This document shows, piece after piece, positions 1 through 13,589 of a stretch of DNA of 64,000 nt (positions within the stretch are counted from its first letter, which is position 1; each line of letters opens with the position of its first letter). Source of the stretch: Callorhinchus milii (lineage: Eukaryota). The stretch spans positions 9,114,001 to 9,178,000 of the forward strand of contig NW_024704759.1 of the NCBI RefSeq assembly GCF_018977255.1, given 5' to 3'. The notes beneath the pieces are model-generated. The model ran no database searches and was not told where the DNA came from. It worked only from the letters and a program-made list of their open reading frames with translations. The position numbers and the translations under genes are program-made.

Positions 1-54
1 CATCATGTCATTATCATTACTATTATTTCTTGCAACACTTTTTAAAAAATTTTC

Positions 55-520
55 ACACTCACAAAATCGGTTCAGATGAAGAAATCCCTTCAGCCCACTT
101 GATCTCATCCTTCCACCCTACCATCTTCCCATTACAGTATTAGGCTGTTTTTAAAAGAGCCAAGCACCCGGACCTCAACCATCCTTCCTGGCAACCTCTT
201 CCAGTTGTTAATTACTGCCTGGGTAAAGAAAAACGTTCTGGTCCTCTCGAAGGTCCCATCTGAGATGTCTCCTTTCAAGATAAAGGGTCTACCTTATCTA
301 ATCATTGCTCGCAGTTCATTCCTCTAACACTGGGGGATTATTCTTGTTGCTCTCCACCACACTGCTTCTTGGGCTTGGAAAGCCACCTTACGCATTAACT
401 GTAGGTGAAGCCTGACCAAAGCACCATATAGCTTGAGTGTCACGTCTGGTGATCTGAACTCAACCCCTTTGGTAATACAGTCCAGCATTCTGTTTGCCTT
501 GTTTATTGCTGCCTGGAATT
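55..520 (-). mobile_element. CR1-clade LINE, 3' fragment (ORF2 C-terminus + tail), internally deleted
   Basis: Minus strand translates to KANRMLDCITKGVEFRSPDVTLKLYGALVRLHL...RATRIIP and FFFTQAVINNWKRLPGRMVEV, typical of the CR1 ORF2 C-terminus. A CR1-type tail (gggctgaagggatttcttc) follows. Confidence 0.85.
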
Positions 521-1457
521 TTAAATTTTATAAGCGATAATCATCTCCTGTCATCGCAAGTCCCAAGAGAAGCTAATGGATGTGAGGGTCAGGTAATTCT
601 GGAACTTGACCCTCTATGTGTGGCCTCTGGGATGTGAAGCAAGTCCAGTATTGCTCTGATATTAAGTAGCCCGTGCTCTATTGACTTTAATTGGGCCTGT
701 TTTCACAGAACAAAGCAAGATGGTATTAAATCAATTATAGTCCAGCGGTGGAACATTAAAGATTAAAAAGAATTAACAGCAAGAATGCAAAAGAGAGATG
801 AAGTTCATAAATCTCACAGGGATATTTTATAGAATATCCTTGTGGTTATTAATCTGTTTTGCAGATTTCAGCAAAAAGAAACACAATTTATAACACTTCT
901 GAAGAAGTACGTTCATAAAATTACCATGATGATTATTATGGAGAGTGATGAGAATAAACACAAAGTGTTTTCCACATTAATATTTTACTTGCAATTATAA
1001 GTTTGGAGGCTTTATGTTTCCAGTCTACTCTCAGGTAAATTGCTGAGGCGAGAGATAAAGGGATAGTTCAGCCCTCGATACTGAGAGATGGACATTAGTG
1101 GCCTCATTGCACACTGCATGATCTGTTGGTTACACACATCTGTAACTCATGAAATGAAGAAATGAAGAGAAAACATGGGTAAAAGTAAGCAAAGAAAGTA
1201 TTTTTGGTGCAAGTTGTTTACCAGAATTCTTGTCTTTGTATCTTTTGCTTTGTCGCATAATTCTAGTGCCAGAATCCTATAAAAATCTCTCACTGTAACC
1301 TGTCTTATGATACCAATTTCATTGAAAATCTGACACAGCTCCACCAACGCACAACTGTATTATTTTTCATTTACAACAAGGGTTTTTACAGTCATGCAAT
1401 GCATAATGCTGAAAGCACATGCTTTTGTCATACACGAGTGCTCTTATGTATGCCCAG

Positions 1458-1750
1458 GTGTCAGCCTGGCACAGTCAACATCGCTTTTGGGTCAGAAGTT
1501 TGTACGATCGAGCCCCATGTTGGCACTTTGAGCTCATACTTTAGGCTGACTCTCCAATGCAGTGCTGGGAGTACGCTGCATTGTCAGAGGTGTTGTCCTT
1601 CAGATCAGACATTAAGTCGATGTTCCCTCTGCAAATTGTCTGCTGTGTTTACCCTCAAAACACAGCCGCTACACTTCACAGTAAAAATCCTTTAAGAAAT
1701 GTTGGTGACATCCCAAGGAGCTATATCTAATCATTATTAATTATTATTAG
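1458..1750 (+). mobile_element. Deu-domain SINE type A (SacSINE1/AmnSINE1-like), internally deleted
   Basis: tRNA-like head, then ttgagc...taggctgactctccaatgcagtgctgggagtacgctgcattgtcagaggtg, gcaaattgtctgctgtgttt, and a degenerate tail ending in (att)n. Confidence 0.75.
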
Positions 1751-1836
1751 TTGGATATTTTTGTGGAAAATGATGATGGTCAAGCACAAACAGCGTAAAA
1801 TAAAGGAACCTGGGATTCCTAGTAAACAGAACGTTA

Positions 1837-2050
1837 ACTTGTGTAAAGCTTCACGTGACTTGAAGAGCTTTACAAAGGTCACTGAACACAGAAAAAAGGA
1901 TGGAGAATTTGTGGCTGTTGACTGAAAGCATGATCAAAGAGATACATCATTAACAGGGTTTTGAAGGCAGCATGAAAAGACGCATGGAAAGAGATTTCAA
2001 GAGAAAATTCCAGAGAATGGAAGAATTCCATTGACGGAGGGTGAGACGGA
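1837..2050 (-). mobile_element. L2-clade LINE 3' end, degenerate
   Basis: Reverse complement contains ctctggaattt...ccttcaaaaccc...ctttgatcatgctttcagtca, matching the other L2 ends in the window. Confidence 0.55.
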
Positions 2051-3271
2051 GGGAATGAACAAAGAGTATTAACCAGGATCAGGTCTTAGCAATAAAGCCA
2101 AAGTTACCTAGTTCCAGTAACAACATGAATAACAATAGACACATCGGACGACAACGAATAACTTTTTCTGTAAATGAACATACTACGTACACTCATTGCT
2201 CCCCAAATTTATCGTGAATTGTGCTGCCTTTATTTTATTTTATGCATGGGAGACATGAACACGGCAATAGTATTCATATACTATTTCCATTGTTGAGCCT
2301 GTTAGCAAAGCAGCCAGTCGAATGCAACCCAAGGGGTGAATGATAACTCACTCATAGCTTTGGGCCAAGCAAAGAAAGATTGCTCCAGTGACAATTGAAA
2401 GCATTGTATTGCCATCTCACCCGGGTTATAGCGTCATTGAAATAGAGGAAATAGGTCTCTCTAGCTGAACTGACAAGCTCAGCATATGCCAGGAAGAATA
2501 GTAAAGAGGAAATACAGTGATCAAAAGAAAAGACCAGTTATGCCAAGGTTGGTTTTGCTGCCATTAACATTGGTCTCAGTAGCATTAAACAATACACAGA
2601 GCAATCATGTTTCACCATTTATTATTTCTTTCTGCTAAATGCAGTGAAGAATCACTCTTTGACGTGAAATGTAACCTTTGTATACAAAAGCGTCTGCCTC
2701 CAAGTGGGATTCTGAAACACATTTTAGTGTACAATTATGTCCTAAAGGACTATTTTCTTAACAAGAAATTCAAGAAAATAAAACATTAATTTTTATTGCC
2801 AGTGCTGACTATCTCTGAACCACAGATAACAAAGCGAGCCGTAGCAGTGTAATTGAAAACCAATTAAATCAAGTAACATATTCAAGGGGCAACCACAACG
2901 GCTGACTATTCTGGGCGGTAACCAAGGCAATGGAAGATGAGCTGCAAAGCATATTGTTGACAGCTAAGAGTAGGCTTATGATCAGATACTGAGCTGGAAA
3001 TTGCAGAGGTGTTAACAGTGGGAGAGGACAGCATTTGCTCAGTTATGATGTCCCCACAGTCATATGATGTATCACCAAATATTGTCTTGAGCCGTGCTTA
3101 AGAATAGTCACCTGAGCAAGGTGTTGGAGGACTACTGATGCCCACGAACCACCCACCAGCATTGCCTTCAAGAGTGGAAAACAGGAGAAAGAATTGGTAA
3201 TAATAATTCTTTTGGTGCAGAAACATATTAAGCAGATTGAGGAACAAGCTGCAACATAACTGTGTATACCT

Positions 3272-3610
3272 GCTTAGCTCAGTTGTGGGTTAAAGCCCAG
3301 GTCGGAAATTTGAGCTTATAGTCTGAGCTGAAACTCCAGTGAAATACTAGGGGAATATTGCATAGTCAGAGAAGCTGTCCTTTGAATAAAATGTTAAACC
3401 ATCAGTTGGTTGTTAGAGATTTCTATGACATGATTCAAAAGGAGAAGGGAGTTTCTCCCGGTTTCATGGCTAACAATTCTTCTGATAACTTGATCACTGG
3501 TTGTCTTCGAGACCTTACTGTGTGCAAATTCACTTCTGTATTTGCCTTCAAATAGGCAATTAACAGTAATTGTGAAGTGCTTTAAGCCAATTTGATGTTA
3601 TGAGGACTGT
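3272..3610 (+). mobile_element. Deu-domain SINE type A, degenerate
   Basis: ttgagcttatagtctgagctga...gggagtttctcccggt...ctgtgtgcaaatt...tgtgaagtgcttt. Confidence 0.7.
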
Positions 3611-3894
3611 ATTCAGAGCAGGTAACAGTAATAGATTAGTTGTGTGAACAGATATTATATAATGTAGCTGTATGATGGGAGTCTGTTGAAGCTTTGATAT
3701 TTAGAAATATCTTTCAAATAGGTTTTCAATCATCCGTAAATGTACAATTGATGTTTTTAAACATTTCTGATAAAGAGCTATGGGACGGAACTTCAAAACC
3801 TTGAGTCACAATCCTTCCTGTAATAAATAAAAACAGCCACATATGGGATAGAGTAAGAGAGTTCATGTTTTCAGAAGATAAACANGGGGAGAGG

Positions 3895-4009
3895 ATAATA
3901 ATAATGGTCCTTGCATTTGATGTAGCGCCTTATTACGTTGTTAAGATGTCTCAAAGCGCTTCACAGGAATATACTGTAAAGTAGATTGACTATGTATTTT
4001 GTGGGTGAA
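3895..4009 (-). mobile_element. SINE 3' tail (L2-type)
   Basis: (aat)n ccttgcatttgatgtagcgcctt...gtctcaaagcgcttcacagg is the reverse complement of the shared tail. Confidence 0.85.
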
Positions 4010-4037
4010 TTATAATCAAAGGCAATGAAAATACAAA

Positions 4038-4402
4038 CCCTTGCATTTGATCTAGCGCCTTCATATCCAAACGTCTCAAATAACTTCACAGACGATTGCT
4101 ATAATGCGTAGTGACCGTATATTTAAAGCAAAAGCATCCAATTTGCCTATAACATTGTTCCACAAATAACCATGAAGTGGTTTGCGTGGTGGATTGCTAG
4201 CCAGAACTTTTCTTATCGAATTTAGGCACAGAATCATTAATGTCCTCCCAAACAGGAAAGACGGGACATCAGTTTAACGTCTCACCAGAAGGACAGAATT
4301 GCCAATAATGAAGTCCTCCCCTCAGCACTGTACTAGAGACCAATCTAGAATTTTAGCTCAAAGTCCTGATATGGGGCTTGAATACACAATCTTCTGACTG
4401 AA
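4038..4402 (-). mobile_element. Deu-domain SINE type A, near full length
   Basis: Tail at 4038, Deu segment (tttaacgtctca...ccctcagcactgtactagag), head (ggggcttgaatacacaatcttctgact) ending near 4402. Confidence 0.75.
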
Positions 4403-5347
4403 GTGGAACCCTACTTTTTGGGTCTTTTGGATCATTTGAGCCAGGCTAATGTTTGAGCTGATATTATATGCATATCTAATTGAAGGGGGGTACTCAATGT
4501 GCAAATGAATCTCCAACAGGATGAATGATGAAATAACAATGGTAAATATTGTCCTATTCCTTGATCTAATTACTGTTTAGAGAACCGAATAGAAGTGTCT
4601 TTGACACTTTAGAAAGCTGAAATCTATGGGCAATCTTTTCGAGAATGCCAGTTCCAAAATCAATAAGACAAAGTAAAGTGAATCCTGACATATTCATCAG
4701 ATAATTAATTCCGCAAAGAGTATTTATTTCCTCTTTCTCGACTAATAGGTTTTGCTGTTTGGAAACTTTAGGGTTTAGAATGGGGGTTAAAAAAAAATCT
4801 GCTGGAGTTAAAATGATTCAGTGAAACTCTGCAACTTTTGAGTAGGAAGAGCAGTGATGTGTTTACTTCTGCAGCTTGTAGGAGGAATGCAAGGACATAA
4901 ATTGTAAATAGAACACAGTAACCCGTTATCTCAGCTCTCTGAGGTGAAAGACTTGGGATTATTGCCCGTTGTTAGATGAGGCCTTTGTTCTCGTCCTGTG
5001 AAAGAATAAGCATCTTTTGTCCTGGTAGCTTTCATCTTAATCCTGTTTGAAGTACAGATCCAGCCCTAAATCAGACTCTCCTGACACCTCTTGTGGTCAT
5101 AAAGAATATGTATTCTGTTCCAATATGATATGATTTATGATTGAGCCTTGAGAAGGGACTTGGTCAGTATCCTGCGCAATTGATATAAAACTGATATTAC
5201 TTGTGAAGTCTTGAATTCACAGATACATCACAAGTTACAAAATGTTACTTTTGACATTTGAGAGCACATATGTCTTCAAACAGTGGCCATTTCATTCATA
5301 AGCTGTTGTGTGATCTATGACCAAGTTATAAATTGGAGCCAAGAATT

Positions 5348-5474
5348 GTGGAGTTCAGTGGTTAGAGCTCTCACCTCGGAAGCGAGAGGACCTGGGTTTG
5401 ATTCCCGGGCAGGGCGAAAGGTTGGGTAAGACATGATAAGTCACTATATCAAATGCAAGAATTATAATTGTTAT
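5348..5474 (+). mobile_element. SINE type B, tRNA head fused directly to tail
   Basis: A box (agttcagtggttagagc) and B box (gggtttgattccc), then ttgggtaag joined to acatgataagtcactatatcaaatgcaag. Compare with 33181-33583. Confidence 0.8.
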
Positions 5475-6747
5475 CGAGAATTCATCAAACTCTTAAGTAA
5501 GGGAAAGATATTTCAAGAAAATTGAAGTCACTAAAGTTTCATTTCTTGAGATGAGTATTTAAAGCAGGATATAGTTACACTGCAGGTAAATAACCCATTA
5601 AATAGTTTGTCTTCTTACCTGTGAGCGTGTATTGGTTTTATTTATATCTATGGGATGTTATTGTTTGCTCATTTGTATTTGGGTATTGTGAATAATTGCT
5701 AGTACAATAATTGTTGGCCTTTGTTTTCATCATATACTGTTTCAAGAGACTCTGTCAGAGATGAGACCATGACAAATCCTACGACAAGTTGCTATCAATC
5801 TAATGGGTAACACTTCAAGATGCAGCAGCTCATCAGCGACAGAAGGAGAATGAGTGCTCCGTATAGCAGGGAGGTGAGGGGAGGGGGAAGAGTCTGCATG
5901 ATTAGTTGTGAGACCAATTCAGTGAACCTGAACATCAAGCGATTGGACTGCTTGGCAATCTCTGCAATTTGGGGAACGGTGAAAAGGTCTGAGATGATGT
6001 ACAAAGGAGGTTAAGGGCAATGAACAATAGGAACATGTTATGGACTATCATTAAAAAGAGTGTAGCTATTTACAATCCTTTTTTTTCTTACAAAGTGGAT
6101 GGACTCGGTCCTTATGAATTATTTTCATTGAAGTTTCATTACCAGTGTCCATTTAAGCACTTAATAGAATTGATGAATATGTGGGAAATAATTGATACCT
6201 GAAAGTGATTACAGGGTGTAATCTAATCAAGTGGTTAAGATGATGTCATGCGACATGAGAGTGAAGTTTCACCAGTTTATCTGCTGAATCCTAAAATTAC
6301 ATTATAGTCTCAGTTTTGCATTTACAAAAGGATATTGATGATTTTAATCTAGGGTTGATTAGCAGGATTTATGAAGGTATATATGTGCAGGAGGTTTAAT
6401 AAAATTCTAATTATCTAAAAGTACATTGTATAGCGAGAATCATTTTGCTTCACACAAATATTATTTTTAAATGAAGCTTTCGCAAAAATGGTTATGATCC
6501 ATGTTAATAAAAAAATGTTCGCCAGAAAATTGAACATCAAGTTCAGAAATAATTAAATATCAAATGTTCAAAATGTGTTATTATACTGTTAGATCAATTA
6601 AGCGCTGGGGCACAGAGGCTTTGCTGGGGATGGGAATGATCGAAACAAAGATTTCAGAATTGTCTATTGTGAATGTGTAGATTTTATTTAAGCATTTATA
6701 TAAAAAGTTAATATTTAGCTGGAATAACCATACCTGTATAACTACGG

Positions 6748-6868
6748 TAACTTGCATTTATATACTGGCCTTCATGGATAAGACTTTACAAAGACAGCGT
6801 TGGATGCTGAGCTAGTGAGAGGAGGGAGGGAGGGAACGGGAGCAGGAGAAAGAGGGAGGTGACTGTAG
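6748..6868 (-). mobile_element. L2 3' tail/UTR fragment
   Basis: aacttgcatttatatactggccttca...ctttaca followed by the purine-rich complement of the UTR. Confidence 0.55.
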
Positions 6869-6949
6869 GCAAACACTTCTGTTTCTCTACCAAATCCATT
6901 CAGTTCATAACTTTAGCTTCACCTCTCGCACATACATTTCAGAATTTTA

Positions 6950-7143
6950 TATGGAATTACATAAAAGGCTACAGCACAGAAACAGGCCTTTTGGCTCAAC
7001 TTGTCCCCACCACTGATTACATACTCCACATCAGCCTCCAGCCCTCCTCATCCCCTCTTCCATATTCCTCTATTCTCTTCTCCCTCATGTAGGAAGGGCC
7101 GAAGGGCCTTCTTCATCCAGATCAATCTTGTGATCTTGTATGC
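6950..7143. mobile_element. Two CR1 3' tails back-to-back (minus 6950-7091, plus 7092-7143)
   Basis: tacagcacagaaacaggccttttggctcaac (minus tail) abuts gggccgaagggccttcttc...tcttgtgatcttgtatg (plus tail). Confidence 0.7.
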
Positions 7144-10100
7144 AAGGACATAGAATATTAGATTAATTTGACATAAATGAGGCCTTTGTTTTAAACGTGA
7201 ACAATGTCAGAGAAACCAAGATGGGATGGAATTACCCAACTCTGTTGTACAATAGGACACGTACATGGAGAAACTGGTCTCTTCATTATAGCATTTTTCC
7301 TTTGTTGTGTCTGGGTCAGCCCAGGATCGTGACAGTATTCAGACACAGTAATTAGTTCTCAGAATCTTTAACGCAAATTTCTGTTGCTATCAAATGAAAG
7401 TCTATGTTTCGGTTTGCATTTTCACATCGGTTTATCACTTTGAAATATCTTAAAACACTTCACAGGTAATTTCAGTTGAGTACAGTGACTGTCAGTGCTC
7501 TGGGACACCATTGTATGTGTATAAATGCAAGTTGTGTTTTTTTGCAAGGCAAAATGTAGTAATTAATCCCATTCAATCCTATTGTTCCTATGAAAAAAGT
7601 ATGAAATGAGGTATAGGATTAATTAGTCTCATCTAGCAGAGATAAAAATATTTTGTCTGAGCAATGTACCTGAAACTTAAATGCACAATTTATCATCTGA
7701 GCGGGCTGGCTGGAAAGAAGGGGAGGGTTGCGTTAACTTGTAATATGTTTAAGATAACTTTACACATAGCTCAGCTGCAGAAAAATGAGCAAGAGATGAA
7801 GGATTATTCCAAGCAGAACAATAGTAATAAATCTGCAGTTCTCACTGGTGCTGAAGTGATACACTAGAGAAGGCAGGTTAGTCATTCCAGATTGTGTTTG
7901 ATGCACTAACTTCTTCCACATGTTCCAGTTAGTAATCTTTTTCCATTCACACCAACTTTTGAAAGAGCAAAACATCCAATGTTATGATCTCACAGCTGGT
8001 GGAGTCTCAAAGTAAAATATCATCCGTTGCATCGTTGCCATTACAGATGCTGCCACCTCTCGAAAGTCTGTACCTGTTGATACCTTCTGGTGCTAGTTCT
8101 GCCTCTCCATCTGCTCCTCGGTCTCTCCTTGCCTCCTTTTTGGGCCCATTCCCTGGCTATCCTACACTTGTGCCTTCCTGTGCTGACTTGCTAAACTGGC
8201 AAGTGCTACCTTTTATTGGCTCTTCCTCCCATCGCTCTGTCTCCATCAAACCTGAATGAAATTAACCTCAAAACGGCCATTACTATCAATTCTGCAACTG
8301 CATCATTCTTACTGTGCATCCTAATGAGGCTTTAAAAAACGTCTGCTCCCACCACAAAGGATGAAAATCGAATAGGCTTTGACCCAATAAACGAAACCAG
8401 CTGAAATGTCATTGTGTTGGTTTACCTCAGGATTATAATGTCTCTCTAAAGAACACTTCTCATCATACTTTCTTTACTGAACCCTTCTATTTCTTCTGAA
8501 TCTGTCACCTCTAGTTAGACACAGGGCATCCACAGATCAGCGTCAGGGTACCTATGCTGCTTTCACTCTAGCCGGCCATCAAAACAGCAATGATTTTATA
8601 CAATCATTTTACCGCAGACACTAATGAGAAATTGAAAGACAAAAGCAGACAGGAAGCTAATTTGGAACAAATGCATTAATGAAAGGCCTGCAGTAGTTTT
8701 ATTCTATGCCACTGCAATGCAGCAGTGGCAATGAATAATAACATGAAATCATGACGTAAAATGATCAATCTGATCAAAGTAGAAGTGGCACTCAATTTTA
8801 ACTGTGTGTGGTACTAACGGGAGTGGATTTTGTTAGTTAACGATCATTCGAACAGTGTGGAGCAAAGGGATTCTAAGAGCAGGATTCGCTTAAATTTCTT
8901 CATTTTACTGTCTTTACAACTACCTCATCACAAAGGAGAAGCTTTGGCCCATTTGATCTCCGTTTCCAGAATGCCAGCCCTACCATTTTTCCATTTACGC
9001 CTATATAGCAACAACAATAACTTGCATTTCTACAGAGTCCTTCATAAGCCCTTGGATACTCTTAAGCATGGTGGTGGGCTTCCGCACCTGACCCTGAAAG
9101 CAGACCTCCCCGAAGCTTGTGATAAAAATGTCAAACCGCTCTTTCGACTTTTCCTCCTCTCCAAGCAAAAAAAAAGTTGGGAAATAATCAAAATAAAAAG
9201 AAATCAGAGGATGCCTGAAATTATTCAGTCATCAATGCTTTAAATAGAAATTTGAATTTCTTTCCTCGTGTGCAAAAAAAATCCATTGCTTCAAATGGGC
9301 TGTTTCTGAATAACAAGTCAGTTGTTTAATTAACAATGACATGAATGAGCACAGGTGAAACCAGGATCTCTCTCCATCGTTGACACACAATGAAATCGAA
9401 GGTTGCCTCATTTGCAACCTTATTTATTGTTCCTTTTTGTTCAGTCAAGGTCATTATAATGGAAAATGTTATGTTGCTGGAGAGAACTGAACAGCTAATC
9501 TGCAGATGTGCCCTGGTTATAAGGCAATAGTTAGTGGGGTCCACAACATTTCAGCCTATCTTAGAAGTTGCATAATTTTGGGTGTTTCCTGTTAATTTGC
9601 AAAGTGTTGTTTAAAGAATCATGCACAGCCTGTCATCGAACTATGTAAGTTGGCAATTGATAACTCACCAAACGTGCACACACACTGGCCACACATGTAG
9701 CAACGTGTAAACTGGTCAAACATTTACACAGTGTGCACACCTCCTAAACGAGAACACTGACACTTTCTCCTTCTGTGGTCAACTACGACCACAATCCAAA
9801 CTGCTTGGCATTCGGAAGATTGGCATTTTCCATTGCGACACAATGTCATTTACATCAAAGGGACTTTAGTTTGTATGAGCTATTTGAATCCCAGACACAG
9901 TTGAATGCATAATGGAAACAACTAAGTGATGCAGGAGCCACATATGGACCACACAATTTGTTCCACTGGAATCCTTCCAAAATGACAGAGGGACCATGAA
10001 AAACGTGCAATTTTATTCAGTCACATGGCAGTCACACCTTCCTGAATGAAGAAATACTGCACATTAAAAGAATTTTTGACACAGTGAATAGAGCTTTCAT

Positions 10101-10933
10101 CTAGGCTGAGTGCAGAGGCTTGGGGAGTGGGGTCGAGGGTGGGAAGGAAATTGACGTTCAGTGCAATTTCTCAGGTTAAGAGAATGTCAAAGGAGATTTA
10201 ATGATGTTGGTGGATGGACAATAGATAGGCTTTCAGCCAAGGAGAAGATCATGAGGGAAACTGATGATGGATCACTAACTGATGGAGAACTTGCTCTCTA
10301 AGAATCAAGAGTAGATCTCTAACATGTTCCTCCTTGGAGGCTATTGAAGGTTTAAAGGATTGGAAAATTGGACATCAAAGGAAGGTTAAAAAAATGTACA
10401 GACAAACAATTTCTACTTGAGTTACCAGTCTTTTCACCTCTACATTGTTAAAGGTATATCGTTCCTTATGTTGTAAAATACTGAAGTGAACTGCTGCAAA
10501 ATTTGCTCCTGTAATTTTCCTCCTAAATATTTTGAATGCGTATTATGAAATTCTTAATCCTGACAGTGATATAATTGTGAGCAAAGGCTTTTGATAAACT
10601 TACAATACAATTGACGTGTTATAGCATCTTTCACGTTGGGAGGATGTCTCGAAGCGTTTAAAACGAGCCAGTTTTCTGATTCAATGCTAGGACAGTCGCG
10701 CCTACAACGATGATCCAAGCTTCAAAGAATTTCTAGACTCTTCTTAGTTGAGGCAGGGTCTCGGTACATGCCTCGCTCTCAGCAGGTCTTGCCAAGTATT
10801 CAGCAAGAGGTCTCAAGAGCAGCTAGCTGTGCACGAGATGTGCATTCACACCATCCACCATCAAAGTATTTGCACTTGGTGGTCATAATTTCATAATGAC
10901 TACTGACAATGTTAAGTTCACCAGTAGTTCTGC

Positions 10934-11090
10934 ATAATAATAATCCTTGCATTTGATATAGAGCCTTATCACGTCTTCGAGACGTCTCAAAGAACTTCAC
11001 AGAATATACTGTAAAGTGAATTGACTATATTTTGTGATTGAAACACGACAGCTAATTGCGCTCAGCAGTGTACCACAAACAGTCATGGAT
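10934..11090 (-). mobile_element. SINE 3' part (Deu 3' segment + L2-type tail)
   Basis: (aat)n ccttgcatttgatatagagcc...gagacgtctcaaag...cagctaattgcgctcagcagtg. Confidence 0.85.
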
Positions 11091-11243
11091 AATGCATCAC
11101 ACTGTGCTTATTGAATCCAAGTAGTTTACGGAACTATTGGTCAGAAAAAGCCAGGAAGTTGAATCTGGGTTTGTAGACCTGTGGAAATGTATCTTGCCTC
11201 CTTGATCTCCTTTCCTTCTCATCTGGATCAGACTAATCATCCG

Positions 11244-11266
11244 CAAACAAACAAACAAACAAACAA
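11244..11266. repeat. (CAAA)n microsatellite
   Basis: About 5.5 caaa units. Confidence 0.9.
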
Positions 11267-13049
11267 GCAGCCTTTTGTTTTATTCTGTATTGAAAACCAG
11301 TAAATCCGAATTCAGTTACATAGCACTTTGCTTTTTTTTTTGCAGAATTTCACATAGGGTCGTGTACAGTCCTATAATTGCAAGATAAGTAAGTTGCAAC
11401 CTTGAGAAAGAAAATAAGATGTAATATTTAAAAAAGGCTTGGAGAAATTGCTCTGGTGCAATAGCTTAATCTGTCCTCCAGCAGCTATAATTGGCAAGTG
11501 ATGGTTAGGTCTGTGTGAACTTCTGTGTACATGGGGCAGAGATCCAGGCAGTGATGTGGTCTGAGGATCGAAATGCACTGAGACGAGACTGAATGTGTGA
11601 AGCATTTCTCTGGTTCTGTGAAATAAATACACAAACAAAAGTACAGCAATAAGAACCAATCTCCTTTTAATTCTGCATTTAAAAAATGTGCACACCCTTA
11701 AAAAATACCTACTTCCAAGTTTCAAGTCCAGACCGAGAGGTGAAACAACGAACGAGACATGTCTATTTTAAATGACAGCAACATTTCGACGATGAGATGA
11801 GAGTCTCTGTTAGTAATTCAAAAATAATTTAGTAAAATAATTGCTGTGATTGATTTTTCAGGGCTGGAGATCGCATTCTACACTTACATTTGACAAGTCT
11901 CTCGCTGAACATTTCTAAAGGTGATGGGAATGGCTCTATAAAAGTCTCATTAATCAATCTGAAGTATTCTGCATGGTTCTTGACTCTGCCTTAAAAATTT
12001 TGAAGGAATGTATTCGCTGCTTCTAGCAGCTCCACTCTCTGTTCATAAACTGCAGGAACACAAAAGATTTCCATCAAGGATCATCCTCAAAAATACTCCA
12101 GCTCTTATTCAAATAGACTTTGTTTTGCAAATATAGAATTTCATAACAAGAAATAATCAATAGTTATCAAGAAGCTGCTAATTGTGATAATTTATATAAC
12201 CAATAAACTGTTCTAAGATTAACCTCGAGGTATATGTTATCAGCACTATTTCGGTAATTCTTTCTTAAAGATATCGCTGACATTTTGGAAATAGATTAAT
12301 ATCTCATTATATTTAGAACCCTTTTAGGATTTTTTAAAATCAACAGTTAATCAATGAAAATGACTTTAACTTATTATATTCTGCACTGGAGGCAGAAGTG
12401 AACAAATTAAATACATTGTACTGATTTCAAATAAATCCTATTTATAGCGAAAGACTGCTGTCACCCAAGGATCCATACCATTAACAGAAGCCTGATTCTT
12501 AAGGGGAAGAAAGGAAAACCTTAGGGAGTAACTCCATTTGTGTGTCCATTTACTTGAGTCTAAATCATAGAATCATACACCATTTGGCCCATCGTTTCAA
12601 AAAATCTGCCAAATATCTGGACACTCTGAAACACTAAGAAAATAAGAGTAAATCTAGACCTAGGTGGAATTTCTATTTTCTAGAGGGGGCAGATGGTTAA
12701 TGATTGACTGTGGATTTTTAAAAAATACACATTGTGTTATAGTGGTTAAACACTTTGTGATGATGCAAAGTGTTGATATCATCATTAAGGTTAGTTCTGC
12801 TATGGTTACATTTAAGTCATGTATTAGAAACGCCTAGTTTTTATACAACCATTAAAGTGTTCGCCAATTATCTTTCGTGCAATCCAGGAGGTTTAGCAGA
12901 ACACCATTGCTGTCCTTTTGTTTGTTCAGTGGTACTGCAAGTCATTTTACCACTGGTGATCCTGAAGATAGCATGGAATTATCTTTCCCTGAAAATGAAA
13001 AGGAAAGGTTTTATTTGTTAATACTCAACACAGTTATGGGTTGCACTTA

Positions 13050-13270
13050 AAAGAAAAGCAGCATCCTATCGGACTGCTGCCCCTGACACCTTCACATTAC
13101 AGTTTCACAATCTTTCTTACTTATGTCCAGTGTCCTGGCCAGCACCATCCTTCTTGGTAACCTATTTCAACCATTGACTATTATTCTCTGTGTGTTGAAT
13201 TCATTCATACCTATAGTCTGCCTCAGAATTGTTCTTCACTGTCCTAAACCTGTGGCCTCTTATCTTGCTT
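13050..13270 (-). mobile_element. CR1 3' fragment, degenerate
   Basis: gcaccatccttcttggtaacctatttcaaccattgactatt resembles the other minus-strand CR1 ends in the window. Confidence 0.55.
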
Positions 13271-13589
13271 CTTGCTGTACCTAAAAGTATTGTTTTTGTT
13301 CTCTATCCAATTTAGTATCACGTGGGTCTATAAAGTTCCCCCTGAGACATTTCTTTTCAGGCCTGAGTTGCTTGCAAGATTCCTAAAAAGTGGATTGTTT
13401 TTACCTCAATCCTTGTTTAAGCAATTCTTGAAATGGCAACTAAATAGCATTTTTGATGCACTTGCCCCTTCTCTATTCTCCAATTTTGAAGACAGTAACA
13501 TATGCTAGACTGCAGTTCCTTGACATCAAAATCCCAATATGGATATCCCAAAGGATATCCCCAAGGAGCTAGTTTTCATATACTGTATA

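Noticed and set aside
3359-3378. Partial match to miR-153 (ttgcatagtca)
   Set aside because: Lies within a SINE Deu segment, only the first 11 nt match, and there is no hairpin.
8560-9540. Possible inverted pairing between the two enhancer-like blocks
   Set aside because: Only scattered 4-6 nt AT-rich matches.
11347-11389. Strong polypyrimidine acceptor followed by gtaagt
   Set aside because: Stops in all frames and no supporting context.
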